This document shows positions 27,766-36,402 of a stretch of 64,000 nucleotides of DNA, in pieces; the first letter of the stretch is position 1; each line of letters starts with the position of its first letter. The stretch is from assembly GCA_965219405.1 (NCBI GenBank), contig OZ244736.1:143730-207729 (forward strand), given 5' to 3'. The notes below the pieces were generated by a model. That model saw nothing but the letters and a program-made list of their open reading frames with translations. It was not told the origin of the DNA and searched no databases. The stretch comes from Dehalococcoidia bacterium. GTDB lineage: Bacteria; Chloroflexota; Dehalococcoidia; UBA6926. A program made the position numbers and the translations under genes.

Positions 27766-29841
27766 TCAACATCCCCCGGTGGTTGCGCTGACCTGAGCGT
27801 AGTCGTGCCAGCGGTTCGAGTACTGCGCCTGCACCTGGAACTCATAATTTGTCGCGCACGTGAGGCCGGACACCGTCGCTTCCTGCCTGCGGGTGCCCCA
27901 CGTGCTGATGTCGACATACGCACCGAACGTCCAGTCCGTTGCCCCTGCGAGACGATAGTTGACGCGAACGTCCTGCAGGTGCGTGCCGGACGGCCTCACC
28001 TTGTCCCAGCTCACACGGACGCTGGTTGCGGTCACATCGCTGACTGAGGGATTTCCTCTGTTCGGGTCGGGTGTCGGCGTGGCTGTCGGAGGAACCGGTG
28101 TTGGAGTGGCCGTTGGGGGGACGGGAGTGGGGGTAGCGGTTGGCGGAACGGGGGTGGGCGTGGGTGTCGGCGTTGCAGTGGGTGCGACAGTAGGCCCTGT
28201 GCTCGTGTCGCGGATGCGCAGCATCAACTGGTCGCCGTCTTCCCATGGGGCGCTGGTGACACTCCATGTCCAAGTCGCCGCCGTTTGATTAACCGTAGCG
28301 TCGGAGACATCCAGAGTCGTATCGATAGACCCGTCAAGCTCGATAAAGTCCAGAGAGTTACCGCTCAGAGAAACGTGGTCATCCAGCGTCAGGACGACGG
28401 AGTTGCTCCGCCAGATAAGACTCTCAATCTCATAGTCATCGCCATTGAGGGTGAATTCATCCGGTTCAATGACCCCGGAAGATGCCGTCGTGCCCACACC
28501 GCCGCCGGTTAAGTCAACAGGATCAAAGATCGCCTCATGAAGAGTCCCACTGGGAGCGGTGACGGTCACGAAGTGCTCTTCGCTCGTCCGCTCCTCCTCC
28601 GGCAGTCCGTCGCAGACGACGAGCCCCTTCTCCATGCTGATGAAGTAGAACCTGTACTCCCCCGCCGGAAGTGGACGTGCCAGGGACACCTCGCCAGGGT
28701 ACTCCACGACGAATAGACTCTCGTCCTGCCCGTCCAGCTGGAACATGCTCGCATACTTGCTGGGGATGGTCTCGCCATAGTCATCCACCCAGATGTGCCA
28801 GAGCTCGTAGGTGTGGAACAAGCTTCCCGCCGCCTGCCCGGACGCCAGTGCATGGTCGTACCGATCGTAGTAGTAGCCGCCTTCGCCCTGGGCGGCGCGT
28901 TCTTCCTTGGTTTGGCTTACCCAGTTCTCATACTCGTACTTGAACCGGACGCACTCCCGGTACTCCTCCGAGCCGTCCCCCTCCCCGACCTCCGCGTCCA
29001 GCTCTGCGATCTTTGTCTTCATGTCCGCCAGGTTGATGGTGGCGGCCTGCGACGCGCCCTGATTACCCGGCAGGGCCCGCGCCATCCATGAAAGCACTGC
29101 CCCGCCCCCCGAAGGCGGCTCCTCAAGAAGGAAGCGCTGCGCCCCTGCGCTGGGCGCAGCCCCGCTGGATGCCCTCGCCTCGTCAACTGGTACTGGTAGA
29201 CTGTCAGACGCCGCCGGCAGCCACACCTTGGAGTACCGGCCGGCTATAGTGTAGTTTTCCTGCCCATAGGAGTTGCGCAGAGACCAGAGGAGGTACCTGT
29301 CCGCTTGCCCGGTGCTTGGCAGATATGGTTCGTCATCATGCAGGAACACTATCGCCTCCCGGGCGTCCCACCTTGTGTCCCTCTCTCCCAGGAAGTCTTC
29401 TGCGCCTGCGCCCGCCTCCGCCCTAGTTGCAAGAAGCCCATACCAGTCAACTGCTATCGCCACAAGCTCGCTTCCACCGCTCCCCTTCAGGTACTCGTGT
29501 ACCTTGAACCTGAACTCCAGGGCGTTTGCGTACGAAGTGTCTCCTTGGTTGGGCCGTCCGGAGATTTCCTCCACCACCTGGGCCGCGGTTACCAGAGTCA
29601 CCCTTGCTATGGCGTCACTCCGCACTATCCTCTCCTCCAGCGAAGTCTCGGGGAAGTCGGGGGGAGGGATCCACCAAGCAGACTCTCGCTGCAAGCCTCC
29701 AGACGCGCCCGGCAGTGGCGAATTCCCGTTCAGACTCATTGATCCGGCATAGAGGACGGCGGCTGCCAACGCCACGGCCAGGACTATGAGGACTCCAGCA
29801 ACGGAGTAGAGGCGTCGTCTTCTGCGTACCATTGCCAACAT
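27766..29841 (-). CDS. Secreted or membrane-anchored protein with PT linker and C-terminal fibronectin type III domain
   Basis: AGGAGG RBS; RRRRR plus hydrophobic N-terminus; PTATPTPVP repeats; SDVTATSVRVSW...VSGLTCATNYEFQVQA. Confidence 0.85.
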   Translation of the reverse strand: MLAMVRRRRRLYSVAGVLIVLAVALAAAVLYAGSMSLNGNSPLPGASGGLQRESAWWIPPPDFPETSLEERIVRSDAIARVTLVTAAQVVEEISGRPNQGDTSYANALEFRFKVHEYLKGSGGSELVAIAVDWYGLLATRAEAGAGAEDFLGERDTRWDAREAIVFLHDDEPYLPSTGQADRYLLWSLRNSYGQENYTIAGRYSKVWLPAASDSLPVPVDEARASSGAAPSAGAQRFLLEEPPSGGGAVLSWMARALPGNQGASQAATINLADMKTKIAELDAEVGEGDGSEEYRECVRFKYEYENWVSQTKEERAAQGEGGYYYDRYDHALASGQAAGSLFHTYELWHIWVDDYGETIPSKYASMFQLDGQDESLFVVEYPGEVSLARPLPAGEYRFYFISMEKGLVVCDGLPEEERTSEEHFVTVTAPSGTLHEAIFDPVDLTGGGVGTTASSGVIEPDEFTLNGDDYEIESLIWRSNSVVLTLDDHVSLSGNSLDFIELDGSIDTTLDVSDATVNQTAATWTWSVTSAPWEDGDQLMLRIRDTSTGPTVAPTATPTPTPTPVPPTATPTPVPPTATPTPVPPTATPTPDPNRGNPSVSDVTATSVRVSWDKVRPSGTHLQDVRVNYRLAGATDWTFGAYVDISTWGTRRQEATVSGLTCATNYEFQVQAQYSNRWHDYAQVSATTGGC

Positions 29842-29855
29842 CGCTGCACCTCCTG

Positions 29856-31976
29856 TCACTGCCCTGACGAAGCCGGATGCGGCGTATGGTTGTAATATAC
29901 GTCCCGGAGGTAGTCCCGATCCTCGTTCGGAATTGCTGTCGGCTTCTCGACTCTACCCATGATGTAGTCGGCGTAGCTGCAAATGCCGAAATACTCGCAC
30001 GGTTTGCCCTCAAGCCGATACAGGTCTTCCAGGCCCGCAGCATGGCCGAATTCGTGCATGACCGTCCTCGGCACGTAGTAGTAGCGGCGGTAGAGGCTTC
30101 CCCTTACTTGCTCGTCATGCAAATCGGGATCGTTGACCCAGGTAATCGCCAGGAAACGCCCTTCAATGTCTGGGTGAGGTCGACGCGCCGGTTGCTCGAT
30201 GACCATTGTCGAGGCGTTTATGTGCTCGAGGGCATCGACACTAACTATCGCGTATGCGAGGGTGAGGCCATCAGTTCCAGTCGCTGTGTTAATGACGATC
30301 GACTTGCCGTCGGTATTCCTGTCCACGCCGTTTATCGTGCAGCCACTCCCCTCGCAGAAGAGCACGTGGGGCCAGGGCGTGGCGACCGCCTCGTTCCATG
30401 CGACGACGGCGTGGGCAATGGCCGTTGGAATGACGATTCCTGGATCGGTTGACGGCGTAGCGCCGGGCCTGGGCGTCGGAATCTCGCCAAGCCGGTACTT
30501 TACCGTGTGATCCCCTGCATGCCCCAGGTTGGGAAGCGGCACCTTCGTCTCAATCTCCACCCACCCGGAGTATTGACTGCCTCGCTTTGCCCTGATTCTG
30601 TGCTTGTAGGTATGGTCGTAGTCCAGCCCGCTGATCACGGCCCCCGTGATGATGCCGGGGCCACGGTTGAACACAATCTCTATGTCCCTGTTAGGAAGCG
30701 GATACCAGTCGTAAACTGGAAGCAGCGGAACCCACTTGGCCCAATGCTCCACCTCATAGGTGATTCCAATACCCGCTGCATCGCTCCAATCGAGGTATAT
30801 CTTCCCTATCTTTTCCCCAGTCCTAAGGACATCAGTGTCTATGGCCGAGGCTCGGTCATGCAGGCCCGTTAGCACTGGTGGTCTGGGCGTAAGGGTTGCA
30901 GTGGGCGTCGGTGTGTTGGTGGGTATAGGCGTAGGATCATCGCAGTTGTCCTCTATATCAACGGTCGCGGTGGACGGTGAACCCAACCCAACGCCAGATG
31001 GTAAGGCGCCAAAGCCGAGAGTCAGCCTCTCGTCGGCGCAATCCGAATCCGCAATGGCGTTGATTGTGAACGACGCCGATGTGACTCTATTAAATGGAAG
31101 GCTACTGCCGCTTAGCCCACTTATGCTGTAATCTGCGGATTCCGCAGACCCGAGTGTCACCGTGATTGGTATCATCAATGTTTGATCGCTCGCTCGACTG
31201 AGCCGGACAGTGATGGTCTTGTTACGTTCCTCATCGACTGCGTACGATGACGGGCTGAAACGTACCGTTGGTGTCGGTGGTGGCGGGCACCCAAGCGCTG
31301 TGGTGCTGATGGATTCGATCGCAGAAGGAGGCCCATAGGCATGTCTGTACCTGATCCCATTCCCATACGCGGACACGCGGAAATAGTTCGTCCCTTCGCA
31401 ACCGGCCGGGTAGACGTCGCTTGATCTCCTTGCTTGCCTTGCCCAATCATCCCCGCTGTCTCTGAGTGGTAGAACGCTTCCCCACGCGCCTCCGCTTCCA
31501 ACTCGACGCTCCACCCGGTAGGTGGGTGCGTATGGCATGAACGTCCACCGGACATTAGCTCTTCTGGTTGTGCCCAACGGCGTCGCGGCCGTCACCGAGA
31601 CGTCTTCTACTGCAGGTGGCGTGGGCAAGGGTGTTGGCGTTGGTGTAGGTGGCACGGGCGTAGGCGTATTCGTCGGCGGGACGGGTGTATTCGTCGGCGG
31701 GACGGGCGTATTCGTCGGTGGGACAGGCGTATCCGTCGGCGGGACGGGTGTATTCGTCGGTGGGACGGGTGTTGGGGTTGCTGGATATGGATCCTCGATT
31801 GGATCGAATGGAATGAATGCGGTTGGAACCGGCGTGGGTGTCGCTGTCGGGGGTATATAAGGATCATCCCCGCCCTTGCCGAATGCGGCAGGGTTGCTGA
31901 CCACAATATAGGCAATAGCGATCAGCAGGGCGATGCTGGCTACAACCTGCAGCGCCGTCTTGCCAATACTCAACAA
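29856..31976 (-). CDS. Secreted modular protein: PT repeats, FN3-like, Calx-beta-like, C-terminal metzincin zinc peptidase
   Basis: N-terminal hydrophobic anchor; [12 protein letters not shown]...ATVDIEDN; [16 protein letters not shown]; [11 protein letters not shown] plus YIMG Met-turn. Confidence 0.85.
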   Translation of the reverse strand: MLSIGKTALQVVASIALLIAIAYIVVSNPAAFGKGGDDPYIPPTATPTPVPTAFIPFDPIEDPYPATPTPVPPTNTPVPPTDTPVPPTNTPVPPTNTPVPPTNTPTPVPPTPTPTPLPTPPAVEDVSVTAATPLGTTRRANVRWTFMPYAPTYRVERRVGSGGAWGSVLPLRDSGDDWARQARRSSDVYPAGCEGTNYFRVSAYGNGIRYRHAYGPPSAIESISTTALGCPPPPTPTVRFSPSSYAVDEERNKTITVRLSRASDQTLMIPITVTLGSAESADYSISGLSGSSLPFNRVTSASFTINAIADSDCADERLTLGFGALPSGVGLGSPSTATVDIEDNCDDPTPIPTNTPTPTATLTPRPPVLTGLHDRASAIDTDVLRTGEKIGKIYLDWSDAAGIGITYEVEHWAKWVPLLPVYDWYPLPNRDIEIVFNRGPGIITGAVISGLDYDHTYKHRIRAKRGSQYSGWVEIETKVPLPNLGHAGDHTVKYRLGEIPTPRPGATPSTDPGIVIPTAIAHAVVAWNEAVATPWPHVLFCEGSGCTINGVDRNTDGKSIVINTATGTDGLTLAYAIVSVDALEHINASTMVIEQPARRPHPDIEGRFLAITWVNDPDLHDEQVRGSLYRRYYYVPRTVMHEFGHAAGLEDLYRLEGKPCEYFGICSYADYIMGRVEKPTAIPNEDRDYLRDVYYNHTPHPASSGQ
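31663..31767. repeat. Five tandem 21-nt repeats encoding Pro/Thr-rich PVPPT(N/D)T units
   Basis: GG(C/T)GTAT(T/C)CGTCGG(C/T)GGGAC(G/A) x5, contiguous, inside the CDS. Confidence 0.9.
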
Positions 31977-32238
31977 GGCTGCAGAGCGGCCCCGGAGACC
32001 TTCATCGTGCCATCATTCGTTTGTCGGCGTATGTCCTGTCGGCGGAAGCCATCGCTATGCTCCGGCTCGTCCCCCACGGCTGCCTGTCACCGGTCAGTAT
32101 ACGTCGAGTCAGAGGGATGTCACTGAGGGAGAGGGTTTGGCAGGATTCGGCGGTTAAAGTCCCTCAAAATGCTTGACGCTGAGCGCAGGCGGGACAACAA
32201 TAGTTCATGGACGCTGTGCGATCCACAGGGGTTTATGT

Positions 32239-32270
32239 AAGGGGCACGATTGCGCGTGCCCCTTTTGTTT
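32239..32270 (+). terminator. Terminator-like hairpin 1 in guaB leader
   Basis: AAGGGGCACG-attgcg-CGTGCCCCTT then TTGTTT. Confidence 0.55.
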
Positions 32271-32294
32271 ATGCGACGGGGAACAATTCGGCTA

Positions 32295-32324
32295 AAGGCG
32301 CCGCGATGCGGCGCCTTGTTTGTT
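32295..32324 (+). terminator. Terminator-like hairpin 2 just before the guaB RBS
   Basis: AAGGCGCCGC-gat-GCGGCGCCTT then GTTTGTT. Confidence 0.5.
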
Positions 32325-32340
32325 AAGGGGGCTGGCAGAC

Positions 32341-33531
32341 ATGGTTGCAACTGAAATCGCCGAGCGGGGAGTGGATCTGGGCATCGAAGACAGAGCGCCG
32401 GAGTTCAAACAGCTGCAGCGCGCTTACGGATTTGAAGAGGTGGCCATCGTTCCGGGGCGCGTGACCCTGAACCCGGAACAGACGGATATCAGGTTCGCAA
32501 TGGGGGATCGTATATTCGACCTGCCGATACTCGCGGCGGCAATGGATGGCGTCGTGGATCCCGCCTTTGCCGCCACCTACACACGCCATGGCGGGCTTGC
32601 CGTGCTGAACCTTGAGGGCGTCCACGGGCGCTACCCCAACCCGGACGAGGTCTTGCACGAAGTCGTTGAAGCGCCAGCAGACTCCGTAACGGCCACCCTG
32701 CAGCGCATCTACTCCGCCCCTATCAGGGATGAGTACCTTGGCGCGACCATCGAAAAGATGAAGGCACTCGGTGCAACCGTCGCCGTCTCGGCGACGCCTG
32801 CCAACACCAAGCGGTTCATCGACACCGTTGTTGAGGCCGGAGCGGACTACTACGTGTGCCAATCGACGGTCACGACGGCGCGACACATTTCAGCGAGCCC
32901 CGTCGGTCTCCACTTTGATGATTTGGTGAGCCGAATTCCGATCCCCGTGATCGTTGGCAACGTCGTTGGTTATCACCAGACGATGGAACTACTGCAGACG
33001 GGCGTCGCCGGCATCCTCGTCGGCGTCGGCCCCGGCGCCGCATGCACGAGCCGTGAGGTGCTGGGCATCGGTGTGCCGCAGGTCACCGCGACCATTGAGA
33101 CGGCTGCCGCGCGCGATGAGTACCAACGGCGAACCGGCCGCTACGTTCCCATCATCACGGATGGCGGCATCCGCTCCGGCGGTGATCTGTGCAAGGCCCT
33201 CGTTGCGGGCGCGGACGCCGTCATGCTCGGCTCGATTTTCGCAAGCGCGGAAGAGGCGCCCGGCAAGGGCTACCACTGGGGCATGGCGACGCCGCATCCC
33301 GCCCTGCCGCGCGGCACCCGCGTGCGTGTTGGCGTCCGTGCGGCGCTTGAGCGTTTGCTGTTCGGGCCCACAGATCGCACGGACGGCACGGAGAACCTTG
33401 TTGGGGCTATCCACACGGCGATGGGCATGTGCGGCGCGGAAACCATCCGCGACCTGCAGCAGGCGGAGATGATCGTCGCCCCCGCCATCAAGACCGAGGG
33501 CAAACAACTCCAGCTATCCGGCCAGGTCTAG
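32341..33531 (+). CDS. guaB: IMP dehydrogenase-related protein, GuaB3 type (no CBS domains)
   Basis: RAYGFEEVAIVPG, AAMDGVV, VGVGPGAACTSREVLGIGVPQ, ITDGG, HWGMATP..ALPRG. Confidence 0.92.
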   Translation: MVATEIAERGVDLGIEDRAPEFKQLQRAYGFEEVAIVPGRVTLNPEQTDIRFAMGDRIFDLPILAAAMDGVVDPAFAATYTRHGGLAVLNLEGVHGRYPNPDEVLHEVVEAPADSVTATLQRIYSAPIRDEYLGATIEKMKALGATVAVSATPANTKRFIDTVVEAGADYYVCQSTVTTARHISASPVGLHFDDLVSRIPIPVIVGNVVGYHQTMELLQTGVAGILVGVGPGAACTSREVLGIGVPQVTATIETAAARDEYQRRTGRYVPIITDGGIRSGGDLCKALVAGADAVMLGSIFASAEEAPGKGYHWGMATPHPALPRGTRVRVGVRAALERLLFGPTDRTDGTENLVGAIHTAMGMCGAETIRDLQQAEMIVAPAIKTEGKQLQLSGQV

Positions 33532-33555
33532 GTTCGGAACTGTACACGACTGTTA

Positions 33556-33626
33556 GATTCCCGCTTTCGCGGGAACGACAAGCACGAACTGTCCCCTCCC
33601 CCCGCAGGAGAGGGCCAGGGTGAGGG
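33556..33626. repeat. Cluster of two REP-like palindromes between convergent guaB and greA
   Basis: GATTCCCGC-TTTC-GCGGGAACGAC and CCCTCCCCCGCAGGAGAGGGCCAGGGTGAGGG; related copies at 63507-63531 and 61733-61760. Confidence 0.7.
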
Positions 33627-33642
33627 AGCGTCCGAAGAGCGC

Positions 33643-34134
33643 TTACTCTACCCCGGAGACCGTGAAGGTGAGCTTGCCGGCAGGAATGTCGATCTCAAAC
33701 GTGTCGCCCTTTTTCTTGCCGATCAACGCGCCGCCAACCGGTGATTCATTTGAGATGCGGCCGCGTGCCGCATCCGCCTCCGCCCGGCCAACAATCGTCC
33801 ACTTTTCCTCTTGCCCGTCACCATCAACAACCACCACGGTTGAGCCAACGCGAACCTGCCCATCGGCCTGATCGCCCTGATCCTCGATGATGACGGCGCG
33901 ACGCACGTTGTCCTCAAGTTGGCGGATTCGGCCCTCAAGAAAGGCCTGCTCATTCTTTGCGGCGTCATATTGGGCGCTGTCCGTAATGTCGCCAAGTTCC
34001 TTGGCGCGCTGAATCATCTCCGCAACCTCAGGCCTGCGGATGTTGCGGAGATCCTCAAGCTCCTCCTTCATTCGCTCCAGTCCCTCGGCGCTGATATATA
34101 CGCTGTTGTCTGTAGATGCGCTGTCCGTTGTCAT
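33643..34134 (-). CDS. greA: Transcription elongation factor GreA
   Basis: AKELGDITDSAQYDAAKNEQA.LEGRI, ISNESPVG.ALIG, PAG. Confidence 0.95.
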   Translation of the reverse strand: MTTDSASTDNSVYISAEGLERMKEELEDLRNIRRPEVAEMIQRAKELGDITDSAQYDAAKNEQAFLEGRIRQLEDNVRRAVIIEDQGDQADGQVRVGSTVVVVDGDGQEEKWTIVGRAEADAARGRISNESPVGGALIGKKKGDTFEIDIPAGKLTFTVSGVE

Positions 34135-34210
34135 ATGAAACTCCAATCTGAGAATGGGCTATGTGGGGCTCGGTTGGCCGAACAGGATGCCCCAAAGTCC
34201 AGACAGTGTA

Positions 34211-35533
34211 CTAGTCTTCGAGTCGTCCTGCCAGAGAGTTAAGTGCAATTCCCGTAGCAACTTTCGGGAAGAAGTAGGTCGACTTGGGGGGCAGGCGCTC
34301 GCCGGCCTCCGCCGCTTCCGTCATGTCAGGCATGCTCACTGCCTGCAGGAGAAAGCCTGCATCAGAGCCGCCTGCGCGAACGGCCTGTATGGTCTCTGCG
34401 GCATCACGCGGGTAAGACAGCCAGCCACGGGTCTCCGCCTCGTGTTGGTTCGCGCCCACTCCGTGTGTGAGCAACACGTCAAGAAAGACGCACGGAGCAA
34501 GCCGGCCCCATGCCTCCGATTCTCCCGTTAGCAACCCTTCGAAGATGCCGGGTTCCAGGGGACGGAGCAGCTTAAGGACATCGCCGGGCGGCTCAATGAG
34601 AGCCATCATCGGCGCATCCTGTGCCTTGATTGCAGAGGCGAATCTTTCGGCCGCTTCGGCGTCGGAAAGGCCGCCAATAGTGATCTCTTCCGCTCTGAAA
34701 TACGTCTCCACCTGACGCATCAGCCGCGCGCGAGCATCGTCCGGCAGCCCCCGAATCAGACGATGATAGGGCAGGCTGACCAGGCCCGGGTCCTCGATGG
34801 ATGTCAGCGCGGCCATGATATATCCGATGGCGTGCTCGCCGTCGTCTGTCTCGTTTCCGCCTTGGCCAAAATAGGTGAGCGCCGTCTCATAGCGGTGATG
34901 GCCGTCCGCGACGAAAAGGGGGCCGGAAACTCCCAACCTGATCGCTCCTACCTCTCCCGGAGCGGTCACGTGCCAGACGTCATAATCGTCCCCCGCAAGG
35001 TCTGTGAACGATGAGTCCGGCGGGCGCGACGATATAGCCCGGAGCAGCATTCGAACCGCACCGTCATCGTCCTCATATAGCGCCATGATTGGGCTGATGT
35101 TTGCATGGAGCGCATTCATTAGCATGAGGCGATCACGCTTGGCGGCCTCATGCGTGTGTTCATGCGGCAGCACGGCCCCCTGCTCCCACTGGGCCAAGCG
35201 GACTGCGCCCAGGATTTCGAAGCGGCCGGTTCTTACAACGCCAAGCGTGAACGTATGGCGAACGAGGTAGAAGTGCGCAGTCTCATCGCGTTGCAGGAAA
35301 CCGTTCGAGGTCCACTCGTTCCACGTCCTGCTCGCTGCAGCATACGGATCGGTCGCGTCGACGGCGGATGGCAGTTCAAGTCGGATGACATTGTGCGGGC
35401 TGGCCTCGAGCAGACGTTTCACATCAGACGGTGCAATGACATCATATGGCGGCGCGGCAAGGACGTCCAGGCTTCCTGCACGTGTTGTGTCGTAACGCCA
35501 GCCGTGAAAGGGACGAAAGAGAGCCTCCGCCAC
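34211..35533 (-). CDS. DUF1015 family protein
   Basis: RPF.G.RY, APPYDVI, VLPHEHT, ADGHHRYETA, LPPKSTYFFPK; GTG 35533 adjacent to the sirtuin stop. Confidence 0.9.
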   Translation of the reverse strand: MAEALFRPFHGWRYDTTRAGSLDVLAAPPYDVIAPSDVKRLLEASPHNVIRLELPSAVDATDPYAAASRTWNEWTSNGFLQRDETAHFYLVRHTFTLGVVRTGRFEILGAVRLAQWEQGAVLPHEHTHEAAKRDRLMLMNALHANISPIMALYEDDDGAVRMLLRAISSRPPDSSFTDLAGDDYDVWHVTAPGEVGAIRLGVSGPLFVADGHHRYETALTYFGQGGNETDDGEHAIGYIMAALTSIEDPGLVSLPYHRLIRGLPDDARARLMRQVETYFRAEEITIGGLSDAEAAERFASAIKAQDAPMMALIEPPGDVLKLLRPLEPGIFEGLLTGESEAWGRLAPCVFLDVLLTHGVGANQHEAETRGWLSYPRDAAETIQAVRAGGSDAGFLLQAVSMPDMTEAAEAGERLPPKSTYFFPKVATGIALNSLAGRLED

Positions 35534-35534
35534 T

Positions 35535-36356
35535 CTATGTCGCCTCCAGAATGCCGCCGGAGACCTGACCCTGTCCCTGCGCTCGCTGCACCGCTGCCAC
35601 CAGTTCCGGCAGGGCCTCTCCGGTTGGAGCGCGAACGACGATATCGCACGCCTCCGTGAGAGCCGTCTCATTCGGGTTGATTTCAATCAGCGTCGCGCCG
35701 TTCAGCCGACGCGCCACTTCCGGCAGGGCGGCAGCCGGATAGACGATTGCCGATGTCCCCAGAATCAGGACGCAGTCGCTGAGAGCGGCCTCTTCCTGGC
35801 AGCGCCGAAGAACATCCGGCGGAATCGGTTCTCCGAACATGACTGTGTCCGTCTTGAGAAAACCTTCACAATTCGGACACCGGGGGGGCAGCGCGTCGAG
35901 CGGAATCTCATCCCGCGTATAGCGATTCACGCACTCGATGCATCGGATGAGCGTGTGGTTGCCATGAATCTCGGAGATGTTCTCACTACCGGCAGCCCGG
36001 TGGAGGTTGTCAACGTTTTGCGTGACCAGGTGGCGAAGCGCGCCCATGCGCTCGAGGTTAACCAACGCTTGATGGCCGGGATTCGGCTGCGCCGACTCCA
36101 GCGCGTCCCGCATTTCCGGCATCTGATTGTCGTTCAGCCGCTCCTCCCACCACTGCTGCGGGTCCCGAAGAAACCTTTGATAACCGAGATTGTCCGGCTC
36201 ACCGTACTTGGTCCAAAGACCGCCGGGGCCACGGAACGTTGGTATACCGCTCTCGGCGGACATGCCTGCGCCCGCAAGCGCAGTAACGTACGTCGCTTCC
36301 ACAATGGTCTGAGCGGCGTCCTCCAAGGCGGCTCGCACTGAGTCGGAAATGGTCAT
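35535..36356 (-). CDS. cobB: Sir2-family NAD-dependent deacylase
   Basis: GAGMSAESGIPTFRG, TQNVDNLH, HG, CIEC/CPNC zinc site, GTSAIVYPAA. Confidence 0.93.
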   Translation of the reverse strand: MTISDSVRAALEDAAQTIVEATYVTALAGAGMSAESGIPTFRGPGGLWTKYGEPDNLGYQRFLRDPQQWWEERLNDNQMPEMRDALESAQPNPGHQALVNLERMGALRHLVTQNVDNLHRAAGSENISEIHGNHTLIRCIECVNRYTRDEIPLDALPPRCPNCEGFLKTDTVMFGEPIPPDVLRRCQEEAALSDCVLILGTSAIVYPAAALPEVARRLNGATLIEINPNETALTEACDIVVRAPTGEALPELVAAVQRAQGQGQVSGGILEAT

Positions 36357-36402
36357 GTGATTGCACCGTTCTCTTGAGGCCTGTCCAGTGATTATAGGCA
36401 TG

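Noticed and set aside
31663-31767. Tandem repeats as a possible CRISPR array
   Set aside because: Contiguous 21-nt in-frame coding repeats without spacers; no cas genes.
27628-32140. Imperfect inverted ends (CCAAGCCCTCACC / GGAGAGGGTTTGG) and a 9-bp AGGATTCGG repeat around the secreted-protein pair, as a transposon
   Set aside because: Short and imperfect, not arranged as a proper target duplication, resembles REP halves, and no transposase is present.
35533-35686. N-terminal extensions in the ORF track (DUF1015; similarly rpiB, proV, aapJ, recF, GldF-like, antitoxin, crotonase)
   Set aside because: They overlap neighbouring genes or promoters; downstream starts with RBS match the family N-termini.
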